From Eledone cirrhosa (taxonomy: Eukaryota), in NCBI GenBank assembly GCA_964016885.1, contig OZ024741.1, positions 403,558,001 to 403,622,000 on the forward strand: 64,000 nt of DNA. The letters run 5' to 3'. A program made the translations under genes and the position numbers. Of this stretch, positions 1 through 13,700 are shown piece by piece (position 1 is the stretch's first letter; each line of letters opens with the position of its first letter). The notes beneath the pieces were generated by a model. It saw only the letters and a program-made list of their open reading frames with translations. It was not told where the DNA came from and did no database searches.

Positions 1-19
1 TGACTGAGACTCAAAGAGT

Positions 20-83
<64 letters not shown>
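1..83 (+). mobile_element. 3' terminus of a Dong/R4-like element followed by (AAT)n
   Basis: TGACTGAGACTCAAAGAGTAATAAT matches the 3' end of the element at 5425-6510 (TGACTGAGATTCAAGGAATAACAAT), and both run into (AAT)n. Confidence 0.6.
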
Positions 84-88
<5 letters not shown>

Positions 89-1039
89 TGGAAGAAGAAC
101 CCCCCCCCCTCCTCTGTCTACACTATATAGAACAGCCAAACAACACCAATCTCACCAACACCAGAAACTAGATACACCACCTACCCTATCACCTCCCTGT
201 GTACACTAAACACAACAGCCAGATAACGGCAATTTCACCACCACCACTCACTACTGCCATCATTACCACCACTATGCCATCACCGCCGCCACCACTCCTT
301 TATTGCTACCACCGCTACAACACCATCACTACAGTAATACAATCACATCACCACCACCACAGCCTCGGTATCGACATCACCACCACCACTGTCTCAGTAT
401 CGATACCGCCGCTACTGTCTTCCACATCTCCACGCTGGCTGCTGCCACCACATTATAGAATTACTATTATTATTGTCTCAAATTTAAAAAAAATGTTTAA
501 TTCGAATTTTACGGGAATATGTCAACACAAAATATAATAAAAATATATATTAAACATACGAACACAAACTCATAGATACTACATATCAGTAACCACAACG
601 CCACCGCTGCCACCACCCCACCCCATCCATCATTGCTACCACTATCCCATCGTCGCCGCTACCACTCCTTCAATGCTACCGCCACTATTCCCCTGTTAAC
701 TTGAGAGAGAAAGGGGAAGGTGGCGGTATCACTAGACAAGGGAGAGGCTAGCAAAAGATATAAATAGATTGACTTAGTGACCTGGCCACCGTCAATATCA
801 ACAACTATGGGACTGCTGGCTCACCCCTTCCTCACCAACAATATAAAAAGCCCCGGCACCACCACCGACATAGCCAACAACAATAACAGCCAACTACAAC
901 AAAAAGTATATTATATTATTGTAATGCACTGGGTGATTGTTGGCCTTGTGCCTGGAGTGGAGACAATTATTAATAATTTCATTCTTAAGCCACGCAATGC
1001 TCACATTAAGGAACCACTCATGATAATAACAATTTAAAA

Positions 1040-4000
1040 AAAACAACAAAAAGAAAACCCCGTGACCAAGAAATACCGGGATGGTGGCCGGCGGGGAATA
1101 GCCGTGTCTCTAGGGGAGAACGACCCCGCTAGTCTTGGTTGACACTCGTTCTAGAAGTGGTAACACGAAAAGATTACCCCTTGGCGGATAAGGATAAAAC
1201 GCGACAAAATAAAGTAAATGTCTAATGATAAAATCTCATACCGGATCGGCCGTCACCCGGGTAAAAAAGGGCCGCGTCCCTCAGAGAGGAACCAGACTGG
1301 GGTCGAAAAATCAGCTAATGGTTCAAACCTTCCCATCACTTCGGAGCTGGAGACCTCCCATAACCGGAATACTCCTACTGTTGGCCCTCCATGCTCACCA
1401 CCAAGAAATCCAAAGAAAAAGAGAGAAAAATGGTCAAGGGAAGATAATAAAGAAGTCCTTGAGGCTTTCTACACTGCCATGTACTACCCATCAAATACAT
1501 CGAATACAGAACAGACATATATCAACTGGAAAAAGAAACATCCCGAAAACAGAGGCTATATTGACAGTAACAAACTAGCCAATATACGAAGAAATATTGT
1601 AAGAAAAAAGTTACTAACTGATATAGAAATTGATCAGATCAAGCTATTAGCACAAAGTCAGCGAAGGGAAAATGAAACATGTGTCAGTGAAAACGAGGTA
1701 AACTGTAACACTTCGAATCCCAGGGTTGGGGCGGAATCACTGGCAACAGAACAAATTAAAGAAAGGATCGAAAAAGTGGAGGGAGTGCATGCTCAGGATG
1801 AAACTCCAAATGAAAATAATGAGATCGTAAATGATAAAGAAATGAATGAGAATGAACTTGCCAACTTGAAGGATGAAATTATGATCGAATGGATGAAAAT
1901 GAAAGAATCTGACATGGGGCAACGAGACACCCTCCCTAAGATCCAGAACTCCAAACAGAACCAAAAGATAATACACAAGACTAACATAATTCTCAAAAAC
2001 ATTATCATCACAAACAAACTAAACATTACTGATTTAAATCATCTCTATTATGCATCGGCTAAAGTCACCACTCACTTATGTGGAGTGAAGATGAAAAAAC
2101 AAAGGAATTCCCACAAGAAATCTACTTGGCAAGAGAACATCAATCGCCAAATAAACCTTCTCCGATCTGACATAGAAATTTTAACAAACTATAAAGTAGG
2201 TGAACATATTAAACAAACTAAACTTAGAAAATTGAAAAAAAAGTACAGTATAAAATCAACATGTGACATAGACATGCTGATAGAAATAATCAAGCAAAAA
2301 GTGTCGGCCAAAGCTGCTCGTATAAGGCGCTTTGAAAAATGATCTAGATTCTATAAGGACAATAATATGTTCAAAAACAACCAAAGAAACTTCTACAGAA
2401 AAATTGGTAAGTCAACAATAACTGCTAAATCAATACCACCCAAGGAGGAAGTGCAAGAATTCTGGGAAATGATCTGGGCCGAAGAAAAAGTTCATAACAT
2501 ACATGCCCCATGGATAGACAGACAAATGAAAGATACAGCTCACCTTGAGGAACAAACATGGGAAAATATAACAGTTGAACAGTTGCGCTTGGCTCTAAGA
2601 AAAACCAGCAAATGGAAATCCTCAGGAAAAGACAAAATACAAAACTTTTGGATAAATGCCTTCACAGAGTCTCATGAGCTGTTAGCCCAACTTTACAATG
2701 AAATAGTTAAGGAGCCAGAAAAGATACCTTCATGGCTAGTTAACGGCATTACATTCCTGCTTCCGAAGAATGATGAGACAAACAATCCCAAAAATTACAG
2801 ACCGATAACTTGCTTGACCACAATGTATAAAATTTTAACATCAGTCCTAACTGAATACACATATGACCACCTGATAACAAAAGACCTATTTTCCATTGAG
2901 CAGAAAGGGTGTAAACGAGGCTCATATGGCTGTAAGGATCAGCTTCTGGTTAACAAAATGATACTGGAAGATTGTCATAATAGACACAAAAATCTATCGA
3001 TTGCTTGGATAGATTATAAAAAAGCATTCGATAGTTTGCCACACAGTTGGATTGAAAAATGTTTAGAGATTTTCAAAATATCCCCCGTTGTCAGGAGGTT
3101 TTTGTCATTCAGTATGAAGACATGGAAAACGACACTCCTTTTGAATAGTGAAACAAAATGACTGGAAGCTGGAGAAGTTAATATTAATTGTGGAATTTTT
3201 CAGGGTGACTCTTTATCACCGCTTTTATTCTGCATCGCACTTATACCATTAAGTAAAATGCTCAATGAAACAAAACATGGATATAAAGTCTATGACAAAA
3301 CCATTAATCACCTGTTCTACATGGATGACCTGAAACTATTTGCAAAAAATGATGAACAATTGCAAGGGCTATTATCCACTGTGAAGCAGTTCAGTGATGA
3401 CATTAAAATGGAGTTTGGACTAGATAAATGCGCCAAAGCAACGTTCACCAGAGGAAAGCTGCTGAAGAGTTCAGACATTAATCTTGATCGGGGGAACGTG
3501 ATAAGAGAACTTGATCAAGAAAAAACTTACAAATATCTAGGTGTTTGTGAAAGAGACGGAATCAAGCACTCGACAATGAGGGAAAGGATAAGGAAGGAAT
3601 GTTACCGCAGAGTAAGAGCAATCTTAAGAACGGAATTGAATGCAAGGAATAGGATCGATGCCATAAACACGCTTGCCATACCAGTAGTAACCTACAGTTA
3701 CAATGTCATCAACTGGTCAAGCACAGAGATCCGTAGGCTCGATACAAAAATTCGAAAATTCTTAACCATGCACAGAATGCATCACCCTAAGGCAGATATA
3801 GATAGAATATATCTCCCTAGGAAAGAAGGAGGACGTGGGTTAATCCAGTTAGACATTGCGTTGAAAACTGCAACAATTGGATTATCTACATATCTAAGGG
3901 AATCACATGATTGGATGATCAAACTCGTTTTGAAACACGAAAGCATCAAAAGATCATATTCCATTACAAAAGATGCACAAAGATACAGTAATGGACTACA

Positions 4001-5010
4001 AATTTCAGAAGTCCCTTTACTGCTGAAATGGAAAACACAGAAAAAGCAAAGCAGGTAAAAGTAACTGCAAAGAAAGAACTGCTACAGAAACTGGCTAAGA
4101 AATGGCAAGAAAAGCCTCTGTATGGAAAATACCCAGAGCGAGCTAACAATCCTGATGTTGACAAAACTTTAACCCATCAGTGGTTGGCATCCTCTGGACT
4201 GAAATCGGAGACTGAAGGACTGATTATATCGGCACAAGATCAGTGTCTGCCAACAAAAAATTACCAAGCCAACATAATAAAAAATGGGTGCAGCCCATTA
4301 TGCCGTGTATGCAAAAAACAACCAGAGACCATTGACCATATAATTTCAATGTGCAGTCCTATAGCTCCAACCGAATACCTAAACAGGCATGACAGAGCTG
4401 CACAATACATACATTGGATAATGTGTAAGCATTTTGACCTGCCCCATCAAAAGAATTGGTGGGAGCATCAACCACCTCCCATACTTGAAAAAGATCACAT
4501 CTCAATCTTGTGGAACTTTAGCATCCAAACAGACCGAAAAATAGATGCAAACAGACCTGATATAATATTGAAAGACTTTCAAAAGAGGGTATGCCTGCTA
4601 ATTGATATGTCTGTTCCAATAGACAAGAATCTATCTATAAAAACATTTGAAAAATTGAGCAAGTATAAGGACCTGGAGATAGAAATTGGAAAAATGTGGA
4701 AATTGAGAACTAAAACAATACCAGTGGTTGTAGGCGCTCTGGGAATGATACCTAAGGGGTCTAATGACTACTTATCGCAAATCCCAGGAAACCCGCGTAT
4801 AGGAGAAATACAAAAGATAGTACTAATGGGAACTGCCCATATACTAAGGAAGATTCTGTCAATATAAGTACATCACAAGTCTAAACACTAAAAATGCATG
4901 TGTGAGTATGTATGTTCTTTCTTGAACATGGCGGACCTTGTTGTCTCTTGAGGTCACTGGTTGTGACTTGGTGATAACTCGTATGAACATAAAGCAAGAT
5001 AAATGCAACT

Positions 5011-5012
<2 letters not shown>
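1040..5012 (+). mobile_element. Near full-length R4/Dong-clade non-LTR retrotransposon (RT + restriction-like endonuclease), decayed
   Basis: One long ORF with RT, CCHC knuckle and PD-(D/E)xK endonuclease; ~145-nt 3' UTR ending directly in (AAT)n at ~5013. The 5' boundary is uncertain. Confidence 0.9.
1218..4867 (+). pseudogene. Disrupted RT-RLE polyprotein ORF (~1200 codons)
   Basis: ORFs 1218-2342, 2367-3161 and 3258-4058 share a frame, split by TGA at 2340-2342 and 3159-3161; a frameshift near 4020 leads into 4028-4867. Motifs: NYRPITCL, IDYKKAFDS, GIFQGDSLSPLLF, FYMDDLKL, YKYLG, CRVC..ETIDHIISMC, RHD, RPDI..IDMSVP..KLSKY. Confidence 0.92.
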
Positions 5013-5053
<41 letters not shown>

Positions 5054-5174
5054 TTTCTTTATTAACCACAAGGGTTTACATAAAGTAGACATTAAGGACA
5101 ATGCAGGACAATACAGGACGGTACAAATGGGCATTTCTGCGTGTAAAAAACAAAAACAGAGGATGTAACAAAAA

Positions 5175-5249
<75 letters not shown>

Positions 5250-5336
5250 AAGAAAAAGAAGAGGAATAATAATAATAATAATAATAATAAGAAGAAGAAG
5301 AAGAAGCTGAAGAAGAAAAAGAAGCTGAAGAAGGAA

Positions 5337-5425
<89 letters not shown>
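5013..5425. repeat. (AAT)n / (AAG)n compound microsatellite
   Basis: Seen directly. Confidence 0.95.
5052..5105 (-). mobile_element. Short L1/Tx1-type 3' terminus remnant inside (AAT)n
   Basis: Minus strand reads CCCTTGTGGTTAATAAAGAAATC, nearly the same as the Tx1 3' ends at 29680 and 46137 (CCCTTGTGGCTAATAAAGAAATC). Confidence 0.5.
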
Positions 5426-5426
<1 letters not shown>

Positions 5427-6509
5427 TAGGAAGCTATTGACTATCTACAACATGTTCCACAAGAGGAGTGATGTCGATAGACTCTACCTAAGGAGATCTG
5501 AGGGTGGAAGAGGTCTTATCAGCATAGAGGACTGTGTTCAGATGGAGAAAAACAACCTATACAAATACGTGACCTATAGTAAGGAGCCAATGCTCAGAGC
5601 TGTACTGAAGGAGGGGACAGTAGGCCAGGGGATATCCAAGGAGGAAATAACATCAAGGAGGAAGAGCAGCCTTAAGGGAAAATCCCTTCATAGTACCTTC
5701 TTTGAGAAAACTGAATTTAGAGATCCACAGACATGGAACTGGTTGAGAAGAGGAGACCTCAAAAAGGCTACAGAAGGAATGCTAATGGCTGCGCAGGAGC
5801 AGGCCCTCAAAACGAAGTGGTTGAAGCACCATATCTACAAGGAGGAGGCTAGCCCACTGTGCAGGATCTGTGGAGAGAGAGAGGAGACTGTGGCTCACAT
5901 TGTGTCCGAGTGTAAACACCTAGCCCAGACCCACTATAAGGGCTGGAGACACGATGTGATGGGCAGGGTGATCCACTGGCACCTGTGCAAAGTAAACAAT
6001 CTACCACATTCTGAGAAATGGTATGAGCATAGGCCAGAGGCGGTGATGGAGAACAGTCAGGTGAAGGTGCTGTGGGATTTTAGGATACAGACGGACAAAA
6101 AACTGGAACACAATAGACCTGACCTGGTGGTTGTGGACAAAGAAAAAAGATCGTGCCTGATTGTGGATGTGGCCTGCCCGTTCGACACGAGAGTGCAAGA
6201 GAAGGAGAGGGAGAAAATTAACCGATACCAGGACCTAAAGTGGGAGGTGAAAATGATTTGGAACTGCCATGAAGTCAAAGTGATCCCGATTGTCATAGGC
6301 GCACTGGGGACTATCTCCAAAGGTTTCCAGGGATGGTTAAAGAAAATCGGCCCCTTCACGCTTTTTGGAACGCTTCAAAAGGCATGCTTGCTTGGAACAG
6401 CAAGAACCCTCCGATACGTCCTGAATATCTGAGGCTGCAGGTAGTGGCTTGATATTCAATCCAACGGACTTTCCAGTTAACCAACATCAATGACTGAGAT
6501 TCAAGGAAT

Positions 6510-6510
<1 letters not shown>
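5425..6510 (+). mobile_element. 5'-truncated R4/Dong-clade element (second family) flanked by (AAT)n
   Basis: ORF 5437-6432: DVDRLYLRRSEGGRGL, CRICGEREETVAHIVSEC, RHD, NRPDLVV, VDVACP, EKINRY; (AAT)n lies on both sides. Confidence 0.9.
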
Positions 6511-6816
<306 letters not shown>

Positions 6817-7099
6817 ATATATTAACTAAAACAACAACAAAGATAAAACCTGGAAATAATAAAAGCAAGAACCAAATTAGCTTTTATCTAAGATGAAACC
6901 GAAAAAGAAGAGATTTATTGTAAGAGTTGTGAACGGTTAACAAGGAGTTAATGGCTGACAAGCTGTTAAAATATATTGAAAAGATGTCTAGAATGGAAGA
7001 AAGGATTTGCATGTTTCGTTGACAATGAAGTACAGAAGTGTTATGACTTGTACGTTTTTATAGCAATATGTTAGTAAAACACTGAAATCGCCTACTTCT

Positions 7100-10000
7100 C
7101 ATATCTACTGAGTTACATACATACACATCTACTGAGTTACATACACATACATCTACTGAGTTACATACACATACATTTACTGTGTTACATACACACACAT
7201 CTACTGAGTTACATACATACACATCTACTGAGTTACATACATACACATCTACCGAGATACATACACACAGATCTACTGAGTTACATACACACACATCTAC
7301 TGTGTTATATACATACACATCTACTGAGTTACATACATACACATCTACCGAGATACATACAAACACATCTACCGAGTTACATACATACACATCTACTGAG
7401 TTACATACGCACACATTTACTGAGTTACATACATACACATCTACTGAGTTACATACACACACATCTACCGAGATACATACACACATATCCACTGAGTTAC
7501 ATACACACACATCTACTGAGTTACATACACACACATCTACTGAGTTACATACAGACATATATACTGAGTTACATACATACACATCTACTGAGTTACATAC
7601 ACACACATCTACCGAGATACATACACATACATTTACTGTCTTACATACAAACACATCTACTGAGTTACATACACACACATCTACCGGGTTACATACGTAC
7701 ACATCTACCGAGATACATACACACAGATCTACTGAGTTACATACACACACATCTACTGTGTTACATACACACACATCTACTGAGTTACATACATACACAT
7801 CTACTGAGTTGCATACATACACATCTAGCGAGATACATACACACACATCTACTAAGTTACATACACACACACATCTACTGAGTTACATACACACACATCT
7901 ACTGAGTTACATACACACACATCTACCGAGTTACATACGCACATCTACTGAGTTACATACACACATCTACCGAGTTACATACACATCTACTGTGTTACAT
8001 ACATATACATCTACTGAGTTACATACACACATCTACTGAGTTACATACACACACATCTACTGAGTCACATACACACATCTACTGTGTTACATACATACAC
8101 ATCTACTGTGTTACATATATATAATCTACTGAGTTAGATACACACACATCTACTGAGTTAGATACATGTACATCTACTGAGTTACATACACACATATCCA
8201 CTGAGTTACATACACACACATCTACTGAGTCACATACATACACATCTACTGAGTTAGATACACACACATCTACTGAGTTAGATACATACACATCTACTGA
8301 GTTACATACATACACATCTACTGAGTTACATACACATCTACTGTGTTACATACACACACATCTAGTGAGTTACATACATACACATCTACCGAGTTACATA
8401 CACATCTACTGTGTTACATACATATACATCTACCGAGTTACATACACATCTACTGTGTTACATACATGTACATCTACTGAGTTACATACACACATATATA
8501 GAGTTACATACATACACATCTACTGAGTTACATACACACACATCTACCGAGTTACATACACATCTACTGTGTTACATACACACACATCTAGTGAGTTACA
8601 TACATACACATCTACCGAGTTACATACACATCTACTGTGTTACATACATATACATCTACTAAGTTACATACACACATCTACTGTGTTACATACACACACA
8701 TTTACTGAGTTACATACACACATATCCACTGAGTTACATACACACAGATCTACTGAGTCACATACATACACATCTACTGAGTTACATACACACACATCTA
8801 CTGAGTTACATACACACATATATACTGAGTTACATACATACACATCTACTGAGTTACATACACACACATCTACCGAGATACATACACACAGATCTACTGA
8901 GTTACATACACACACATCTACTGAGTTACATACACACATATATACTGAGTTACATACATACACATCTACTGAGTTACATACACACACATCTACCGAGATA
9001 CATACACATACATTTACTGTCTTACATACAAACACATCTACTGAGTTACATACACACACATCTACCGGGTTACATACGTACACATCTACCGAGATACATA
9101 CACACAGATCTACTGAGTTACATACACACACATCTACTGAGTTACATACACACATATATACTGAGTTACATACACACATATATACTGAGTTACATACATA
9201 CACATCTACTGAGTTACATACACACACATCTACCGAGATACATACACACAGATCTACTGAGTTACATACACACACATCTACTGAGTTACATACACACATA
9301 TATACTGAGTTACATACATACACATCTACTGAGTTACATACACACACATCTACCGAGATACATACACATACATTTACTGTCTTACATACAAACACATCTA
9401 CTGAGTTACATACACACACATCTACTAAGTTACATACGTACACATCTACCGAGATACATACACACAGATCTACTGAGTTACATACACACACATCTACTGT
9501 GTTACATACATACACATCTACTGAGTTGCATACAAACACATATAGCGAGATACATACACACACATCTACTAAGTTACATACACACACACATCTACTGAGT
9601 TACATACACACACATTTACTGAGTTACATACATACACATCTACTGAGTTACATACACACATCCACTGAGTAACATACACACACATCTACTGAGTCACATA
9701 CACACATCTACTGTGTTACATACATACACATCTACTGTGTTACATACATATAATCTACTGAGTTAGATACACACATCTACTGAGTTAGATACATACACAT
9801 CTACTGAGTTACATACATGTACATCTACTGAGTTACATACACACATATATAGAGTTACATACATACACATCTACTGAGTTACATACACACACATCTACCG
9901 AGTTACATACACATCTACTGTGTTACATACATACACATCTACTGGGTTACATACATATAATCTACTGAGTTAGATACACACATCTACTGAGTTAGATACA

Positions 10001-10715
10001 CACACATCTACTGAGTTAGATACATACACATCTACTGAGTTACATACACACATATATAGAGTTACATACATACACATCTACTGAGTTACATGCACACACA
10101 TCTACTGAGTTGCATACATACACATCTACTGAGTCACATACACACATTTACTGTGTTACATACATACACATCTACTGGGTTACATACATATAATCTACTG
10201 AGTTAGATACACACACATCTACTGAGTTACATACACACACATCTACTGAGTTACATACACACACATCTACTGAGTTACATACACATCTACTGTGTTACAT
10301 ACACACACATCTACTGAGTTACATACACACACATCTACTGAGTTACATACATACACATCTACTGAGTTACATACATATAATCTACTGAGTTACATTCCCA
10401 CACATCTACTGAGTTACATACACACACATCTTCTGAGTTACATACACACACATCTACTGAGTTACATACATATAATCTACTGAGTTACATTCCCACACAT
10501 CTACTGAGTTACATACACACACATCTTCTGAGTTACATACACACACATCTACTGAGTTACATACACACACATCTACTGAGTTACATACACACACATCTAC
10601 TGAGTTACATACATATAATCTACTGAGTTACATTCTCACACATCTACTGAGTTACATACACACACATCTTCTGAGTTACATACACACACATCTACTGAGT
10701 TACATACACACAGAT
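7100..10715. repeat. ~24-bp minisatellite (ACATCTACTGAGTTACATACACAC), ~150 units
   Basis: Tandem unit of 20-26 bp that varies in its CA/TA content; it produces the spurious STELHTHT ORFs. Confidence 0.97.
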
Positions 10716-10745
10716 CGTCTGAGTTCCATGGTTTAAGAATTTTAG

Positions 10746-13700
10746 CAGAAAGTCATGACCTGGATTAAAGATAGAAGTCACGACCTTGATTAAAGATAGA
10801 AGTCACGACGTGGATTAAAGATAGACGTCACAACCTGTATTAAAGATAGAAGTCACGACCTGGGTTAAAGATAGAAGTCACGACCTGGGTTAAAGATAGA
10901 AGTCACGATCTGGATTAAAGATAGAAGTCACGACCTGGGTTAAAGATAGAAGTCACGACCTGGGTTAAAGATAGAATCACGACCTGGGTTAAAGATAGAA
11001 GCAACGACCTGGTTTAAAGATAGAAGTCACGACCTGGATTAAAGATAGAAGTCACGACCTGGATTAAAGATAGAAGTCACGATCTGGATTAAAGACAGAA
11101 GTCACGATCTGGATTAAAGATAGAAGTCCCTACCTGGGTTAAAGATAGAAGTCACGATCTGGATTAAACGTAGAAGTCAAGACCTGGATTAAAGATAGAA
11201 GTCACGACCTGGATTAAAGATAGAAGTCACGACCTGGATTAAAGATAGAAGTCACGACCTGGATTAAAGATAGAAGTCACGACCTGGATTAAAGATAGAA
11301 TCACGACCTGGGTTAAAGATAGAAGTCACGACCTGGGTTAAAGATAGAAGTCACGACCTGGATTAAAGATAGAAGTCACGATCTGGATTAAAGATAGAAG
11401 TCACGACCTGGGTTAAAGATAGAAGTCACGACCTGGATTAAAGATAGAAGTCACGACCTGGGTTAAATATAGAAGTCACGTCCTGGGTTAAAGATAGAAG
11501 TCACGACCTGGGTTAAAGATAGAAGTCACGACCTGGATTAAAGATAGAAGTCACGACCTGGATTAAAGATAGAAGTCACGACCTGGATTAAAGATAGAAG
11601 TCCCTACCTGGGATAAAGATAGAAGTCACGACCTGGATTAAACATAGAAGTCACGACCTGGATTAAAGATAGAAGTCACGACTTGTATTAAAGATAGAAG
11701 TCACGATCTGGATTAAAGATAGAAGTCACGACCTGGGTTAAAGATAGAAGTCACGACCTGGATTAAAGATAGAAGTCACGACCTGGATTAAAGATAGAAG
11801 TCACGACCTGGATTAAAGATAGAAGTCCCTACCTGGGTTAAAGATAGAAGTCACGACCTGGATTAAAGATAGAAGTCACGACCTGGATTAAAGATAGAAG
11901 TCACGACCTGGATTAAAGATAGAAGTCACGACCTGGATTAAAGATAGAAGTCCCTACCTGGGTTAAAGATAGAAGTCACGACCTGGATTAAACATAGAAG
12001 TCACGACCTGGATTAAATATAGAAGTCACGACTTGTATTAAAGATAGAAGTCACGACCTGTGTTAAAGATAGAAGTCACGACCTGGGTTAAATATAGAAG
12101 TCACGATCTGGATTAAAGATAGAAGTCACGACCTGGGTTAAAGATAGAAGTCACGACCTGGATTAAAGATAGAAGTCACGACCTGGATTAAAGATAGAAG
12201 TCACCACCTGGATTAAAGATAGAAATCACCACCTGGGTTAAAGATAGAAGTCACGACCTGGGTTAAGGATAGAAGCAACGACCTGGATTAAAGATAGAAG
12301 TCACCACCTGGGTTAAAGATAGAAGTCACGACCTGGATTAAAGATAGAAGTCACGACCTGGATTAAATATAGAAGTCACCACCTGGATTAAAGATAGAAG
12401 TCACCACCTGGGTTAAAGATAGAAGTCACGACCTGGGTTAAGGATAGAAGCAACGACCTGGATTAAAGATAGAAGTCACGACCTGGATTAAAGATAGAAG
12501 TCACGACCTGGATTAAAGATAGAAGTCACGACCTGGGTTAAAGATAGAATCACGACCTGGGTTAAAGATAGAAGTCACGACCTGGGTTAAAGATAGAAGT
12601 CACGACCTGGATTAAAGATAGAAGTCACGACCTGGATTAAACATAGAACTCACCACCTGGATTAAAGATAGAAGTCACGACCTGGATTAAAGATAGAAGT
12701 CACGACCTGGGTTAAAGATAGAAGCAACGACCTGGTTTAAAGATAGAAGTCACGACCTGGGTTAAAGATAGAAGTCACGACCTGGGTTAAAGATAGAATC
12801 ACGACCTGGGTTAAAGATAGAAGCAACGACCTGGTTTAAAGATAGAAGTCACGACCTGGATTAAAGATAGAAGTCACGACCTGGATTAAAGATAGAAGTC
12901 ACGATCTGGATTAAAGACAGAAGTCACGATCTGGATTAAAGATAGAAGTCCCTACCTGGGTTAAAGATAGAAGTCACGATCTGGATTAAACGTAGAAGTC
13001 AAGACCTGGATTAAAGATAGAAGTCACGACCTGGATTAAAGATAGAAGTCACGACCTGGATTAAAGATAGAAGTCCCTACCTGGGTTAAAGATAGAAGTC
13101 ACGATCTGGATTAAACGTAGAAGTCAAGACCTGGATTAAAGATAGAAGTCACGACCTGGATTAAAGATAGAAGTCACGACCTGGATTAAAGATAGAAGTC
13201 ACGACCTGGGTTAAAGATAGAATCACGACCTGGGTTAAAGATAGAAGTCACGACCTGGGTTAAAGATAGAAGTCACGACCTGGATTAAAGATAGAAGTCA
13301 CGATCTGGATTAAAGATAGAAGTCACGACCTGGGTTAAAGATAGAAGTCACGACCTGGATTAAAGATAGAAGTCACGACCTGGGTTAAAGATAGAAGTCA
13401 CGTCCTGGGTTAAAGATAGAAGTCACGACCTGGGTTAAAGATAGAAGTCACGACCTGGATTAAAGATAGAAGTCACGACCTGGATTAAAGATAGAAGTCA
13501 CGACCTGGATTAAAGATAGAAGTCCCTACCTGGGATAAAGATAGAAGTCACGACCTGGATTAAACATAGAAGTCACGACCTGGATTAAAGATAGAAGTCA
13601 CGACTTGTATTAAAGATAGAAGTCACGATCTGGATTAAAGATAGAAGTCACGACCTGGGTTAAAGATAGAAGTCACGACCTGGATTAAAGATAGAAGTCA

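Noticed and set aside
7058-10483. Long His/Thr- or Cys/Val-rich ORFs
   Set aside because: They are translations of a 24-bp repeat, open on both strands and broken wherever unit length changes.
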